Assembly (NCBI RefSeq): GCF_028641065.1
Contig: NW_026576109.1
Span: forward strand, 124,001-188,000
Length of the DNA: 64,000 bases
From: Leucoraja erinacea
Taxonomy: Eukaryota
Direction of reading: 5' to 3'
Part shown: in pieces, positions 24,575 to 38,654 of the stretch
Numbering within the stretch: the stretch's first letter is position 1
How the letters are laid out: each line of letters starts with the position of its first letter
Translations under genes and position numbers: made by a program
The notes under the pieces: generated by a model
The model's database searches: none
What the model was told of the DNA's origin: nothing
The model's input: the letters and a program-made list of their open reading frames with translations, nothing else

Positions 24575-27500
24575 AACCGAGGTTTGGCTCAAAAAGCTGG
24601 AGTAACTCAGCGTGACAGGCAACTTCGATGGAGAGAAAGAATGGGTGACGTTTCGGCTCGATACCCTTCTTCAGACTGGTTAGGGATAAGGGGAACGAGA
24701 GATATAGCCGGTGATGTGGAGAGATAAAAAACAATGAATTAAATATATGCAAAAAAACAGTTACAATTATATAGGAAATAGGCCATTGTTAGATGTTTGT
24801 AGCGAGACAATGAAAAGCAAATGCGGCTTGGGTGGGGGGGGTGGTGATGAGAGGGAATGCCGTGGCTACCTGACGGGAGAGAAATCAATAGTCATATCAC
24901 GGGGCTGTGAGCTGCCCAAGCGAACTATGAGATGCTGTTCCTCCAATTTGCGTGTAGCCTCACTATGACAATGGAGGAGACCGAGGACAGAAAGGTCTGT
25001 GTAGGAATGGGAAGGAGAATTAAAGTGTCAAGCAACGTTTACGTTCAGGCAGGCTAAGCGAATTGGTTCCGCAAAACCATCGTCCAGAGTGCGTTTGTTC
25101 TCGCCGATGTATAAGAACATCGGATACCGTAAATGAGGTGGCAAGAACTGCAAGTAAACCTCTGCCTAACCTGAAGGGACTTTCGCGGTCCTTGGACAGA
25201 GTCGAGGGAGGAGGTACAGCGATAGGTGTTGCATCTTCTGCGCTTGGAGGGGACGTTACCTGAGGAGGGAGGTGGGGGGTGGGGGGGGGGGGGGGGGGGG
25301 TGGGAATGGATGAGTTATCGAGGGAGTTATGGAGGGTACCGTCTCTGAGGAGCGCGGAAAGGTATAGTGAAGGTGGCCGATTAGGAAAAGAGGAGATGCA
25401 ACGAAACCTGGGTGTCATGGCACACCAGTCATTGAAAGTAGGCATGCAGTGAAGAAAGCGAATGACATGTTAGCATTCATAGCAATATAATTTGAGTATA
25501 GGAGCATGGAGGTTTTACGGTAAATGTACAGGGTCTTGGTGAGACCACACGTGGTGTATTGCGTACAGTTTTAGTCTCCTAATCTGAGGTAGGACATTCT
25601 TGCCATAGAGGGAGTACAGAGAATGTTCACCAGACTGATTTCCAGGATGTCAGGACTTTCATATGAAGAAAGACTGGATAGACTCGGCTTGTACTCGCTA
25701 GAATTTAGAAGATTGAGGGGGGATCTTATAGAAACTTACAAAATTCTTAATAGGTCGGACAGGCTAGATGCAGGAAGATTGTTCCCGATGTTGGGGAAGT
25801 CCAGAAAAAATGGTCACAGTTTAAGGATAAAGGGGAAATCTTTTAGGACTGAGATGAGAAAAACATTTTTTACACTGGGAGTGGTGAATCTCTGGAATTC
25901 TCTGCCACAGAATATAGTTGAGGCCAGTTCAATGGCTACATTTAAGAGGGAGTTAGATGTGGCCCTTGTGGCTAAAGGGATCAGGGGGTATGGAGAGAAG
26001 TCAAGTACAGGATACTGTGTTGGATGATCAGCCATGATCATATTAAATGGCGGTGCAGGCTCGAAGGGCCGAATGGCCTACTCTTGCACCTATTTACCAT
26101 ATTTCTATGTTTCTATGAAGGAAAAATGGGGCTAGTGGTAGGAGCCCGTTGGCGGTGGCGAAATTTCGGATGACATTTCGATATGCCACGGCTGGTGAGG
26201 TGGGATATAAGGACGAGGCGGTCTCTACTGCGAATAGCCTAAGGAGAGCAAGGGCGGAGCTGTGGGGTAACGAGGAGGCACGAATGATGGCCCCATACAC
26301 GAGAAGAATGATGATATCTCGGACGTCCTGGTATGGAACACTTCATCTTGGGCACAGATGCGGCGTAGACGGAGGAATTAGGAGTAGGGGTGGAGTTATT
26401 AAGTTACAAAGCATGCCGGTTCTCGGTTTTGCCCCCCCCCCTTCAGCAGACCCCCCACTCCATATTTGTCCCCACACCCCCTATTGTCCTTTGTTCTTCC
26501 CCCACTTCCCGCACGGCGCCTCCCCCCCCCCCCCCCCACCTCCAGCCCCACTCTCGGTCTTGCAATAACCCCCCCCCCCTCCTCTCAGCGCCCGCCTCCC
26601 CCCCCCCCCCCCCCCCTTCTCGCCGGGTGCTCCATTGTTCGTCCCCCTCCTTCCTCACGATGGTAATAGACGTCAGTCAATAGTGTATTTCCTGTGATGG
26701 CGCATGTGAGATCAAGAAAGGAGAGGGAGGTGGCGGAGATAGTCCAAGTAGATTTGAGTGCAGCATGAAAGTTGGTGGTGAAGTTAATGAAGTCCATGAG
26801 CTCTGCATGGGTGTCAGAGGTAGCACCGATGCGGCCATTTGTGTAACGAAGAAAGAGTTAGGGGATAAGGCCAGGATGCGCCTGGACCAGGGATTGGCCA
26901 ACGTACACAGAGGCAGGCGCTGCTGGGACCCACGTAAGTGCGCATAGCGACACTTCGGACTTGGAGGATGTGGGAGTATTCAAAGGAGAAGTTGATGAAG
27001 ATGAGGACCGGCTCCACTACCCAGAGGGGTGTTTGTAACATAGAAACATAGAAAATAGGTGCAGGAAGAGGCCATTCGGCCCTTGGAGCCTGCACCGCAA
27101 TTCATTGTGATCTTGGCTGATCATCCCGTATCAATAACCCGTGCTTGCCTTCTCCCCATATCCATTGACTCCACTAGCCGCTTGAGCTCTATCTAACTAT
27201 CTCTTAAATCCATCCAGTGATTTGGCCTCCACTGCCCTCTTTGGCAGGGAATTCCATCAATTCACAACTCTCTAGGTGAAAAGGTTTTTGCTCATCTCAG
27301 TCTTAAATGACATCCCCTTTATTCTAAGACTGTGGCCCCTGGTTCTGGACTCGCCCAACATTGGGAACATTTTTCCTGCATCAGGCTAGAGGGGAATCTG
27401 ATGGTTCTGCGGTCGAGGGAGAAACTGAGGGTTTTAAGGCATTCCTGGTGGGAAGTGGACGTGTAGAGTGACTGAACGTCCATCATAACGTGGGGGCTCG

Positions 27501-27820
27501 GAAAGAGACGAAAGCCATGTGAGGTATCTTGGACAAAGGGCGCGAGAGACTGTACGAGGGGTGATACGATGGAGTCGAAGTACGTGGAAATCATTCTCCT
27601 GGGACAGGAGCAGGCGGAAACAATGGACCGTTATGGTAGTGGATTTTGATGAGCAGGCAAAACCGGGCACTGCGGGGCTGGGAACGATAAGTTTGGAGGC
27701 TGCGAAATGCAGACCGCCAGAAGTGCTGAAATCAGAAATGGTGTGTGATATTAAGGCCTGGTGCTTGTCTGTGCGATCATGGCCCAAGTAGGAAGAGGTG
27801 TCTGAGAGTGACACAGCCCT
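24575..27820 (-). mobile_element. Degenerate Penelope-like retroelement with nested CR1 fragments (~25372-26117 +, ~27038-27385 -)
   Basis: RT motifs MDVQSLYTS and FINFTTNFH..LK.TW..S..SLSFLDL in broken ORFs; terminal repeat containing CTGAAGAAGGGT...CCGAAACGTC. Confidence 0.8.
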
Positions 27821-29553
27821 CCGGTAGTTTTCCTCCCGGGTGACGTACGCCAGCATCCACTGTTGAGCAGAGTAATCTTGAGTAATAAAGATATGTGAAC
27901 AGAACGCAGGAAAAAAAAATCACTTGACAAGGGTTGAGGCTTATAACGTGTCTACTGTTCCCACGAAATGCCTCCGAATCTCTCTCTGAGAAACTTTACC
28001 ACGTGTGCCGCACGTTCGGACCCCGTGAGCTGCGTGGGGTTTTCCGCGAGATCTTCGATCCCCCCCCCCCCCCCCCCCCCCCCCCCCCACTCCAAAGGCG
28101 TACAGGTCTGCACGTTGCTTGGTTTGCTTGTAATGTAAATGGAAAATCAGAGCAATTCTTAAAGATATGGTCTCCTTTCATCGATTTCTTACAAGTATAA
28201 TATGGCGCAACATAACTCTGGAAACTAACCGTTTCACAACTGGGCGAGGGGTTTGGAAAGATATGAAGTAGGTATATCCCTTTTATTTTCTGTTCTGTTT
28301 TTTTTTTACATCATTATGGGTTCTTCATCTCTATCCTTCCACAAACTATCAAATGTTAACTCCTTGGTACTCCAGGAGTTTACACATCACTATTTTCCTT
28401 ACTTTTTAATTTTCTCTTTCTCTTTCTTCGGTTATTTGTCTATTGTTAAATTTAAAACAAGAAGTTGTACACGAAATGTCTTATGTTATATGCCACGGTT
28501 TATATTACTGTGCATTGCTTCTAATAAAATATTAATAATAAAAACATTTAAAAAGTGAATGTAAATTGTCCTAAGCGTGCGTAGGATAGTGTTTAGCTGC
28601 GGGGATTGTTGGTGGGCGTGGGCTTGGTGGTCCGATGGCCGTGTTTCCGCGCACTATCACTAAACTAAACAAAAACTAAATGCTTGTACTCAAGCGGAAA
28701 CCGTGATAAACCCTCATTCTTACAAACAGGAGTCATTCTTCCCTCTTTTACTACAAGTAAAACCATAGTGAGGTTCATTTTAACACTACTTATTTGGTTT
28801 GTCCACTGTGTGGCGGGATGGCGGGAATCAAAGCCCGTACTCTCTCGGGGGGGGGGGGGGGGGTGGGGGGTCTACCCGGTTATTGATTATTCAGGTCCTC
28901 ACTAATGTCACCTGGAGCTGACCTGCAGTGAGTAGAGGTCAACTCGACTCTGGTGGTAATGCAGATTCAACAGTGACTCGTAGGAGACACTCCAGGAGAA
29001 CTATTTAATATTATAAAAGGACTGGGCAAGTTAGATGCAGGAAAAAATGTTCCCAATGTTAGGCGAGTCCAGAACCAGGGGGGCGCCGTCTTAGAATGAA
29101 GGGGAGGACATTTAAGGCTGAGGTGAGAAAAAACTTTTTTCACCCAGAGAGTTGTGAATTTGTGGAATTCCCTGCCACAAAGGGCAGTGGAGGCTTAATC
29201 ACTGGATGTATTTAAGCGAGAGTGAGATAGAGCTCTAGGGGCTAGTGGAGTCAAGGGATATGGGGAGGAGGCAGGCACGGGTTATTGATAGGGGACGATC
29301 AGCCATGATCACATTGAATGGCGGTGCTGGCTCGAAGGGCCGAATGGCCTCCTGCACCTATTTTCTATGTTTTCTATGTTTCTATGAGTATTCCCATTGA
29401 TTTATCGGTGGGATAGCATTCAAACTCTCTTCTCTTTCATATTCATATATAACAACACATCCAGGTTGAGTTGTCTACATTAAACACGTTTCGTTACTTC
29501 TGAGAGTGACGCCGAACCCCGCATTGTTCGCTCTCTTAGATGTGTTTGCTGTA

Positions 29554-29566
29554 GGAAGTGACGTCA
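29554..29566 (+). promoter_or_regulatory. ETS/CRE composite element of a TCR V promoter
   Basis: GGAAGTGACGTCA, containing the AGTGACGTCA decamer/CRE typical of TCR V promoters, about 95 bp upstream of the leader ATG. Confidence 0.65.
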
Positions 29567-29658
29567 TGCCAGTGTCAGCCAGTGCTGGCAGGGCTGTCAG
29601 ACGGACGCTCTGCGGGTATCTCAGACAGACAGATTTCTTGCAACCACGGTCATCAAAC

Positions 29659-29704
29659 ATGCATCTCCTGCCACATGCGGTGGCGTGGGTGACATTCTTT
29701 GTCG
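29659..29704 (+). CDS. TCR alpha/delta V gene: leader exon (MHLLPHAVAWVTFFV)
   Basis: 46-bp exon with a phase-1 GTAAGA donor, in frame with the V exon at 30826; the intron is enlarged by a CR1 insertion. Confidence 0.82.
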
Positions 29705-30825
29705 GTAAGAAGAGCGATTTCTCTAAACAGTTGCTTTTCCAGAGCAAGTGCCTGACTGCATGAAGATCCAAGGAGTTAAACATCGAACGGTTTGGTCATT
29801 CACTTGTTATTGAAATATGACATCGTGTGTTGTCCGCGACCCCATTAAGAAATGGGATCTAATAGTTTCGTAAAATAGTTTGGCGAAAAGCATATTTTGA
29901 GATAAATGTCATCGGGATAGTAAAGGCCAAGTAGTCACTTCCTACAGAGGACACATAACACGGTCGTACCACTGAAGAATTGTCACATAATAGATGAATG
30001 AAGCGTATACAAATGATACCGAGGATTAAATTGTACAAGGCCAATTCTGGAGTATGGTGTACAATTTTGGTCGCCTAATTATAGGAAGGATGTCAACAAA
30101 ATAGAGAGAGCACAGAGGAGAGTTAAGAGAATGTTGCCTGGGTTTCAGCAACTAAGTTACAAAGAAAGGTTGAACAAGTTAGGTCTTTATTCTTTGGAGC
30201 GCAGAAGGTTAAGGGGGGACCTGATAGACGTCTTTAAAATGATGAGAGGGATAGACAGCGTTGACGTGGATAAACTTTTCCCATTGAGAGTAGGGAAGAT
30301 TCAAACAAGAGGGTATGACTTGAGAATTAAAGGACATAAGTTTAGGGGTAACATGAGGGGGAACTTATTTACTCAGCGAGTGGTAGCGGTGTGGAATGAG
30401 CTTCCAGTGGAAGTGGTGGAGGCAGGTTCGATTTTATCATGTAAAAATAAATTGGATAGGTATATGGATGGGAAAGGAATGGAGGGCTATGGCCGAGATG
30501 GTCTGTTTTCCGTGCTGTAATTTTTATATGTTTATATATGTTTATAAAAACGATTTTACCATTGAAAGTGCAACTCAACACAGTATATTACAAAACATAT
30601 AAACATGTTTCAGTGGAGAGCGGCAATAAAGCGTAGAATGAGATGCAACATTGGCATTGGTTTTGGTAATAGTGAATATTTATGTAGGATTTCGAGACGG
30701 TCAAACTCAATTTGCTACGACAGGAATGGTGTGCTCTTATTGTTGCCTAATTTTGTTGAAGAGTCCCAAAGTCGTCTGCGTTTACTTTGTATCATTAATT
30801 CTTCACTCGCTCTAATGTGTTCCAG

Positions 30826-31127
30826 GTCTGGTTCATTCAGATTCCGTCAACCAAGAGCAGGGTCCGCTCGCACATGCAGAGGGTCAAAGCGCCACTTTCA
30901 CATGTACCTATACTGAGGATAGTTATTACTTATACTGGTATCGGCAGTATCCTGGCGGACAGCCCGAGTTTGCGGTCCGGCGAGACATTACCGGTGGCTC
31001 TGAGCTGAAGGCTGACTTCGCTCAAAATCGTTTTTCGGACTCAGTCCAGCGGTCGGAGAAAAAATATCGATTGACAATCTCGGCGCTTCGTCTGACTGAT
31101 ACGGCAGTTTATTACTGCGCAGCGGAT
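30826..31127 (+). CDS. Conventional TCR alpha/delta V exon
   Basis: TTCCAG acceptor; LVHSDSVNQEQGPLAHAEGQSATFTCTYTEDSYYLYWYRQYPGGQPEFAVRRDITGGSELKADFAQNRFSDSVQRSEKKYRLTISALRLTDTAVYYCAAD; intact frame. Confidence 0.93.
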
Positions 31128-31166
31128 CACAGTGATGAGAATGGTGTACATACCCGTACAATAACT
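31128..31166 (+). other. 23-bp-spacer RSS of TCR V
   Basis: CACAGTG + 23 bp + ACAATAACT. Confidence 0.93.
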
Positions 31167-33561
31167 GGTGAGAATTTCAAGCGCACAGCTGCTGTCTCGT
31201 GGATGGATGTCGTTCATTGCGGCTAGGGCAACGGCCGCGAAATTCGCAGCTTGCGTGCGGGTGGGAGACGCAGTCAGAGAAGAATTCACACGGTGTTTTG
31301 ACTTGTCTATTTCTGATAGTGACTGCATGCTTTCGGTGAGCTATCTGGAAAACAAAACACTTCTCCATTGAAAGTAAATTGACGTCAAACTTGTTCATTT
31401 AGGAAACCCACTGCTTCGTAAAAGGGAAACGTTCGTGCAATGAGGGAATAAATACTTCTTAAAGTATTCTCGCTAGAGAAACAGAAAGGAGGCCGATGCA
31501 AACAAAAGGAATGTAGATGCTTCTGAGTTAACCATGTTCTTGGTCTTGCTGTCAAACTCAGCGTTTATTAACTACTTATTGTGAACGGAATGTACTCCTG
31601 CATCCACTGGGATGGCTGTTTTCTTGAGACACAAACTGATCAAAGCAGACAATGAAAAAATACCCCGACAGTTTTACCGAAGGAGAGTTTGAGGCAGTTG
31701 GCTCTTTACTGAACTAAGTATTTGCGTTAACGTTTTATTAAAGAGTATACATCTGTTTCATGATTATCATGCTGGATAATTCACACATCCATTTGTGCTT
31801 CATTCGAAATTCCATATTCTAACCTAACAATTTAACGACGGTAAGAAAATCACTGTAGCCAGATATTTTGATCAGGTTGAATAACTCAGACACATAGAAA
31901 ATAGGTGCAGGAGTAGGCCATTCAGCCCTTCGAGCCTGCACCTCCATTCAATGTGATCATGGCTGATCATCCAACTCAGTATCCTGTACCTGCCTTCTCT
32001 CCATACACCCAGATCACTTTAGCCACAAGGGCCACATCAAACTCCCTCTTAAATATAACCAATGAACTACCTTTGTGGCAGAGAATTCCAGATATTCACC
32101 ACTCTCTGTGTGAAAAATGTTTTTCTCACCTCGGTCCTAAAATATTTCCCCCTTATCCGTAAACCGTGACCCCTTGTTCTGGACTTCCACAACATCTGGA
32201 GCAATCTTCCTGCATCTGGCCTGTCCAACCCCTTAAGAATTTTGTACGTTCACATAATTTCCCCCTCAATCTTCTAAATGCTAGCGAGTACAAGCCATGC
32301 CTTGTAATAAGTCTCCAAAATGCGACTGAAATAGCCTAGATGGTTACAATCGAGATTCGATTGGGAGCTGACAACGGACGGTTAGCTCACTCGTCTTCCC
32401 AAATGGTCCTTAGAAAGGCAGAATGGTATTTCGTCGGTAGCTCGGATGGCACGAGCACGTCTGACAGCAACGACTTAGATGGGAGTTTGGTAGAAGTGTG
32501 TGAACATGCATATCTAACGCAGGCATCGTAAGGCACGGATACGTACATAAACGGACATAGGATCAGAACCCCCAATAAAATGTATACCGTCAGCAAGTAT
32601 TGTGTCTTCCGCAATGATATGCCATGAAGCGGCTGATGGCGAATGGTTGTTGAAATCACTTCTGCTAAAGGGCCCACAGTACAAAAGCGAAGTACAAAGA
32701 AGTTATGCCAGAATTGTTAAGACACTCGCAGGGAACTCTGCGTATTCCGCCCTGATCCTCTCACGCCATTACAAGGAGACGTGTCGTAAAATGGAAAGCG
32801 TAGAAGAGACACTGAAGTATAGAATGGAATAGTGGAGAGACGCGAGGCTTCAATGGAGCAGAGTAGGTCGAATCGATACTGAACAAGATACAAGATACAG
32901 GATAGATTTATTCATCACATGTGCCAGATGGCACAGTGAAATGAAATTCCCATACAGCCATACAATAAAAAAAGGGACACAACACACTATAGGGTTTGAC
33001 ATAAAACATTCCCACACAGCAGAATCAATGTTTCCCACTGTGTGTGAAGGCACCAAAGTCAGTCTCTTCCTCCATTGTTCCCCGCGGTCAAACTTTGTTT
33101 TTTTTTACCGAAATCCGAATCCCTGAGAGGAGATCAAAGATGAATGAATACATTTTATTCCGCCAATGCCCCGAGACCTGCTGACCATCTCCAGAATAAT
33201 CCGACTCTAAATGCAAATTCCTCCATCCGTCCTTCTTCATTTCGGAGGTTCTGCTTGACCACTTGGGTGCACGTGCTGGATTTGGACCACACTCAAATCA
33301 TGCTTCGCATCTGTTGCAGTGATTACAACATTAAAACGGTAAAACGAGTATATTTCACACAGGGAAAGTTAACTAAACCAACACTACATGAAACAATAAG
33401 TCTTGCAAATCGCTGAGATACAAAAGACTACATATGCTCGAATATTTATGCAAAATTATAACGGTGTAGTGAATCCAGTTGGACAACACGTGGCTGGGTC
33501 TTGGCCGACTGCATGAGGTCAATTTGTTCTGAATAGCCAGCAATCGGTCAGTGAAGACATT

Positions 33562-34188
33562 TCAGTTCAAGCACCGTGCAGCCCAACAAATCAGTTCAAG
33601 CACTGTGAAGACCAACAATTCAGTTCAAGCAGAGTCCAGACCAACAACTTATTTAAAGCACAGTGCAGAATAACAATTCAGTTCAATCACAGTGCAGACC
33701 AATAATTCAGTCCAAGCAGAGTGCAGACCAACAATTCGGTTCAAGCACAGTGCAGACCAACATTTGAATTCAAGCACAGTGCAGACCAACATTTGAATTC
33801 AAGCACAGTGCAGACAAACAATTCAGTTCAAACACAGTGCCGACCAACAAATCAGTTCAAGCACAGTCCAGACCAACAATCAAGTTCAAGCACAGTCCAG
33901 ACCAACAATCAAGTTCAAGCACATTGCAAACGCACAATTGTATTCAAGCACAATCAAGACTAACAATTCAGTTCAAGTACAGTGCAGATCAACAATACAG
34001 TTCAAGCACAGTGCAGATCAACAATACAGTTCAAGCACGGTCCAGACCAACAATTCAGTTCAAGCACAGTGCAGACCAATAATTATGTTCAAACACAGTG
34101 CAGACCAACAATTAAGTTCAAGCAGAGTGCAGACCAACAAATCAGTTCAAGCACAATGCAGACCAATAATCAGTTACAGCACAGTAAT
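33562..34188 (+). repeat. 29-bp minisatellite, ~21 units (CAGTTCAAGCACAGTGCAGACCAACAATT)
   Basis: Tandem periodicity is directly visible; the three overlapping ORFs in the track arise from it. Confidence 0.92.
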
Positions 34189-35133
34189 ATTTTGTTAAGT
34201 TCTGGACACCATGTTATAGGAAAGATATTGTCAAGCTTGAAAAGGTTCAGAAAAGATATTCGAGCATGTTTCCAGGACGAGAGGGTGTGAGCTATGAGGA
34301 GATGTTCTGTAGGCTGGGTCTCTATCCATGAAGTGCAGCAGGATGAGGGGTGTTCTTATCGAGATGTACAAACTATAGAGGATAAGGTCGGGAAGATGCC
34401 GAGTCTCTTTCCAGAGTAGGTGCATCGAGGACCAGAGGGCATAGTTTCCCCCTGATCTTTCCCCGTGAAGAATGTAAATAAGAACACACAGACGAACCTT
34501 TCTAATTTATGTTTCAACAGGGCCCACTGGAAACACCTGGGAAGAAATTGATAGTGGTAAATGTAAAGGGATTGGGTCAGTGTCTGGGAACTGTAGTTCA
34601 AGTTTTCCGAATAAACAAACGATAGACAGAAAAAGCTGGAGTGACGTTTCGGTTCGAGACCCTTCTTCACAGTGAAGAAGGTCTTGACCCGAATCGCCAC
34701 CCATTTATTTCTCTCCAAAAATGCTGTCGGTCCCGCTGAGTTAGTCCGGCTTTTTTGTGTCTACCTTCTGTTTAAACCAGCATCTGCAGTTCCTCATTGG
34801 ATCGTGTGTTGTTGACTGATATTTCTGTCGGACCTTTCTGCAGCTGCAACCTCCGTGGAACATATTTAAATTGCGAAATATTTTTCGCAATCCTACTTTA
34901 CAGTGTGTTTGTTCTGTACGTGCTCAATTGGTGCATGTGCAGCGAACGACCACCCTCGTGATTGTTGTCGTATAACATCACACGGGAGCAAAATCCGTAA
35001 TGAATGTCCACAGGGAGATTATCACAATAACTCGTGAATCTTCTTCTTGGGTTATAAATGTCAAGCGGTTTAACCTCCCACTATAACATCTGTAAGCTTT
35101 GTACTGAGTTTCCGAAGTCGCTTTGAAGGAGAA

Positions 35134-36822
35134 ATGGGTCGGATGCACATGTCGGTTGAATATTATTATTACCCAATCCTGGCATCAATTGGAGTACCCG
35201 GTATGTCTCTTGACGGCTGTATTTGGGATAACCGTGACGCCAATTGATTGGGAAGCGGTAATGTTGAAGATTAAGTTAAAATAATGTGACAACATGTACT
35301 GGATACTCGGCTGCATTCAGGGAATGGGGTTTGGGGGAAATAACCAGAAGATAATATAGTTATTGTATGGTTTCATTGCATTTCACCGTTTGGCGTTTAG
35401 AATGATCCTTGCAATATTGTTAAGAGAAGTAACAGCCAAAGTAGGTTGAGCGACAAAGGCTGTATGTGCTTAAATCTCGGGCGATTGTATTTCCCGCCTC
35501 TATCTTTGTTTCCATATGTTCTCCCTTTTTATGGCTTCTATTAATTTTCATTGTGGGCTTTCTTCAACGATCACCGCATCGCGTGCAGGTATTCTCCACT
35601 GTACACCGCCCCCTGCAAATGTTGCAAACCAATAAGCAAATGCTGATCCGAAATGTGCACCCGTTTAACACTAACTTCAGTCGTATTGTTCACTCTACGC
35701 TTCCGTTCAAACTGTTTCTCAGTAGATTAATTCACTGTTAGGTGGAATGTTTGTTCGTGAGCGCAGTATCAGGGATTACATTAAAACCAAAGGAAATCTC
35801 CGTCCATTTCACAATTTAGGAAAGCGAGCAAAATAACAATATATGACCATCCATCACTCAACTCGAAGTTTTGTCCCCATAATCACCATTGCTTCTTTCT
35901 TGCTCCCCTAGTGAATCTACTGGCCATTGTGATCCTGTCCCGAGGAAAGTGCGGTCTCTCCAAATGCATCACCTGTTACCTGGTGGCTATGGCGACGGCG
36001 GACCTCTCCGTGATTGTCTGCGAAGTGATTTTAAATCAAATTGCCGATCTTTATTGGGTGAACTCAATCCTGTTCATTGCTCCTGTGTGCAAGTGTATCC
36101 TCTTCCTGTCCGCCGCGGCCGTAGACTGTTCCGTTTGGTTCACGGTCGCTTTCACATTTGATAGGTTCGTGGCCATCTCCAAACAGAATCTGAGATCCAG
36201 ATACTGCACCGAGAGAAGCGCGGCGGTGATTATTATGACCCTGTGTACCTTCTTCTGCTTACAGAACGCTCCCTGGCCTTTCGCTTACAATCCTCTCTAC
36301 CTGTATAATGGTTTACTGTGGGGCTGCGGAATCCGACCGGAGTTCTATGTCCTGCCAGCATGGATCGCATTTTCTTGGACCGAGGCGCTGTTGACCCCAG
36401 TTATTCCATTCTGTTTCATCTTGTTGTTTAATGCGCACATGGCGAGATGTATTGTAATGGCCAATCGGGTCCGCAGGAGGCTCCGCGATCTCACTCGTGG
36501 AGACCCGGAGACGGAAAGCCGTAAACGGTCCATAATATTACTCTTTGCCATCTCCGGCAGCTTTCTACTGCTCTGGGTCACAACTGTATTTCATTTTGTG
36601 TACTCTCGATGTATCAACGTAATGTGGGTGAGAGCTTTCACTAACTCATTAGAAACAATCGAAAAAACGGGAGTCCTGCTGCAGCTGTTGAACACATGTA
36701 CAAACACACTGATTTACACCGTCACCCAGGGGAAGTTCAGAGAGCAGTTCCTTCACGCACTTCAATGCCCCGTCGCGCTAATTAGAAAGTTCGTTAAAGT
36801 TCCCAAAACCGGTTCAAAATGA
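35134..36822 (+). CDS. GPR139/GPR142-like GPCR, copy 2 (exon 1 35134-35200, exon 2 35912-36822; ~325 aa)
   Basis: Exon 1 MGRMHMSVEYYYYPILASIGVP + GTATGT; exon 2 VNLLAIVILSRGKCGLSKC...DRF...NTCTNTLIY, intact. TATAAAT at 35053. Confidence 0.9.
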
Positions 36823-38129
36823 CATCAGGCAACAAGTCTGTCCGAGTGTGACTTCGTGGATCTCTGTTGAAGAGGGAGCATTGAACGAAAATCACACCTA
36901 TCTTTCCAAAACGTTTTAAAAAAATGCCACTAATTGTCGGCTAAAACATTAATATCCCCCGGTACGTAACGGCGTACCGGCGTTTCGGCGCCCTCACCGC
37001 TCCGCAGACCCAAGCCCCTGCCCTTTAAAACGAACGCCGCCCGTTTCCCAATTCCTCAGGGGCGGTGGTCTGGAACCCGGTGTTAACTTCTACTGGAGCC
37101 GGCGTCCAGTATCTCCAATTGAAAAATTCCGCGACATCCCCGATTTCCTTTCAATCCTGCGGCCAACCCATTAGGCTCTAAACGCCCAAAGCTCTAAGTT
37201 CGCGATACGTTCCACGTCCTTCTCATTTTAATTTTTCGAAGCACTCATGTGGGTGCCGAAGTCACAAATTTACTTGATGATATTAAAGTAAACTGCGTCT
37301 CCCACATTCCAGCTACTGCATTTAGCTAAACGGGAGCTTCACTGTATTCTTGGTGCCCCATTGCAACAGAACCTGTTATTCCCATTTAGAGGCGTTTACT
37401 GATTACATTAAACTAATTATAAACGGATGGATGCTGTCTGGTTATAAAACTCACTCTTCAAATATTTTACAATATTACACGTCAAATCTGAGCATTCAAA
37501 TTCAGGAACAAAACGTGGAGCCTGTAGTGTTAATTCCTGCTTCATTGTCAAATGTGCTCTAGGAGATGCAGATTTACATTAAACCGTGACTTCGGTCTCT
37601 TTCGCAAAATATTTTCCAGATTCGTTTTGACACGCTATCCAGGGTCCCGTTAAACATCTCGCAGAACTCATATTACATTGCAATGAAAAGCCATAGAGAG
37701 ACATATATGACTCTTTCTCCTGTTATCAATTAAGGAAATGTGAAATATGTAAGTTAATGTTGAAATGGTGATCAATCTCTTTATCTCACGAAGTGGCAGG
37801 CAGTTCCTTGGAGAAATGCAGTGAGAGAAGAAAGCGAGTTTACAGCTGCTAAAGGAAATGATGGAATTTCTCCGGAATCGTTTCAATGTTCATTAAAATA
37901 TCGATTCAAATTGACTTGTTCGATGTTCTCTTTGACATTAAAGACTGAAGTCTTCTCAAACCCAAATATCTAAAATAGCTCTCCGAGTGCTCCTTTCACT
38001 ATCGTCTTACAATGAATGGGCGTTTATCAGTGTTCAGGATTATATTGGTTAAATACATTTTAATTGCTGATTGACGTGTGTAAATCAGAAGGTGATCCGT
38101 TCCGTCTCGTTCATTTGCAGCGTTGAGTC

Positions 38130-38650
38130 TATCATAGCAACTGAGAGGGGAGAAACATTACGACTGCTTCGGGGCTACCTGCTGCACCCACGTAGAACTC
38201 CCGTACTTCAAAAACGTCACAACTAATTTCCACCCCGCATTCAAATTCACTTGGACCATCTCCGTTAGCTCCTTTCTGTTTCTTAATCTCACCGTCTCCA
38301 TTGTAGGAGATAGACAACCGACGGACATCCACTATAAACCTGCTGACTACCACGTCTATCCACACGACATTCCTTCCCTCCCTGCCTCCTGTAAAGACTC
38401 TATCCCCTACTCCCAATTCCTCCGTCTATGCAGCATGTGTGCCCAGGATAAAGTGTTCCATACCAGGACATCTGAATTCTTCTCGTACTTTAGCGGCCGG
38501 GGTTCACCTCTTCCACAAATGAGTCCCTCACTCGCTTCTTCTCGTTATCCCGTAGCTCCTCTGTTACTTCCCTCCTCCAGACGCAACAGGGACAAAGTCC
38601 CCGTTCCTCAACTTTCACCCTATCAGCCATCGCACACAGAACCTAATCCT
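38130..38650 (+). mobile_element. Penelope-like RT fragment
   Basis: Homologous to the 26100-26850 region in the opposite orientation. Confidence 0.65.
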
Positions 38651-38654
38651 CCGA

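Noticed and set aside
27820-27960. Possible 5' continuation of the disrupted GPCR beyond the Penelope element
   Set aside because: Only faint resemblance (LNPC, LLN) in different frames; not supportable by eye.
28772-28850. GGTTCATTT + 23 bp + CACTGTG, a possible orphan J RSS
   Set aside because: No FGxG/WGxG/DGxG motif and no splice donor follow; probably chance.
33721-34290. Repetitive Gln/Ser-rich ORFs, and a superficially CRISPR-like periodicity
   Set aside because: Pure tandem minisatellite with no unique spacers, in eukaryotic DNA.
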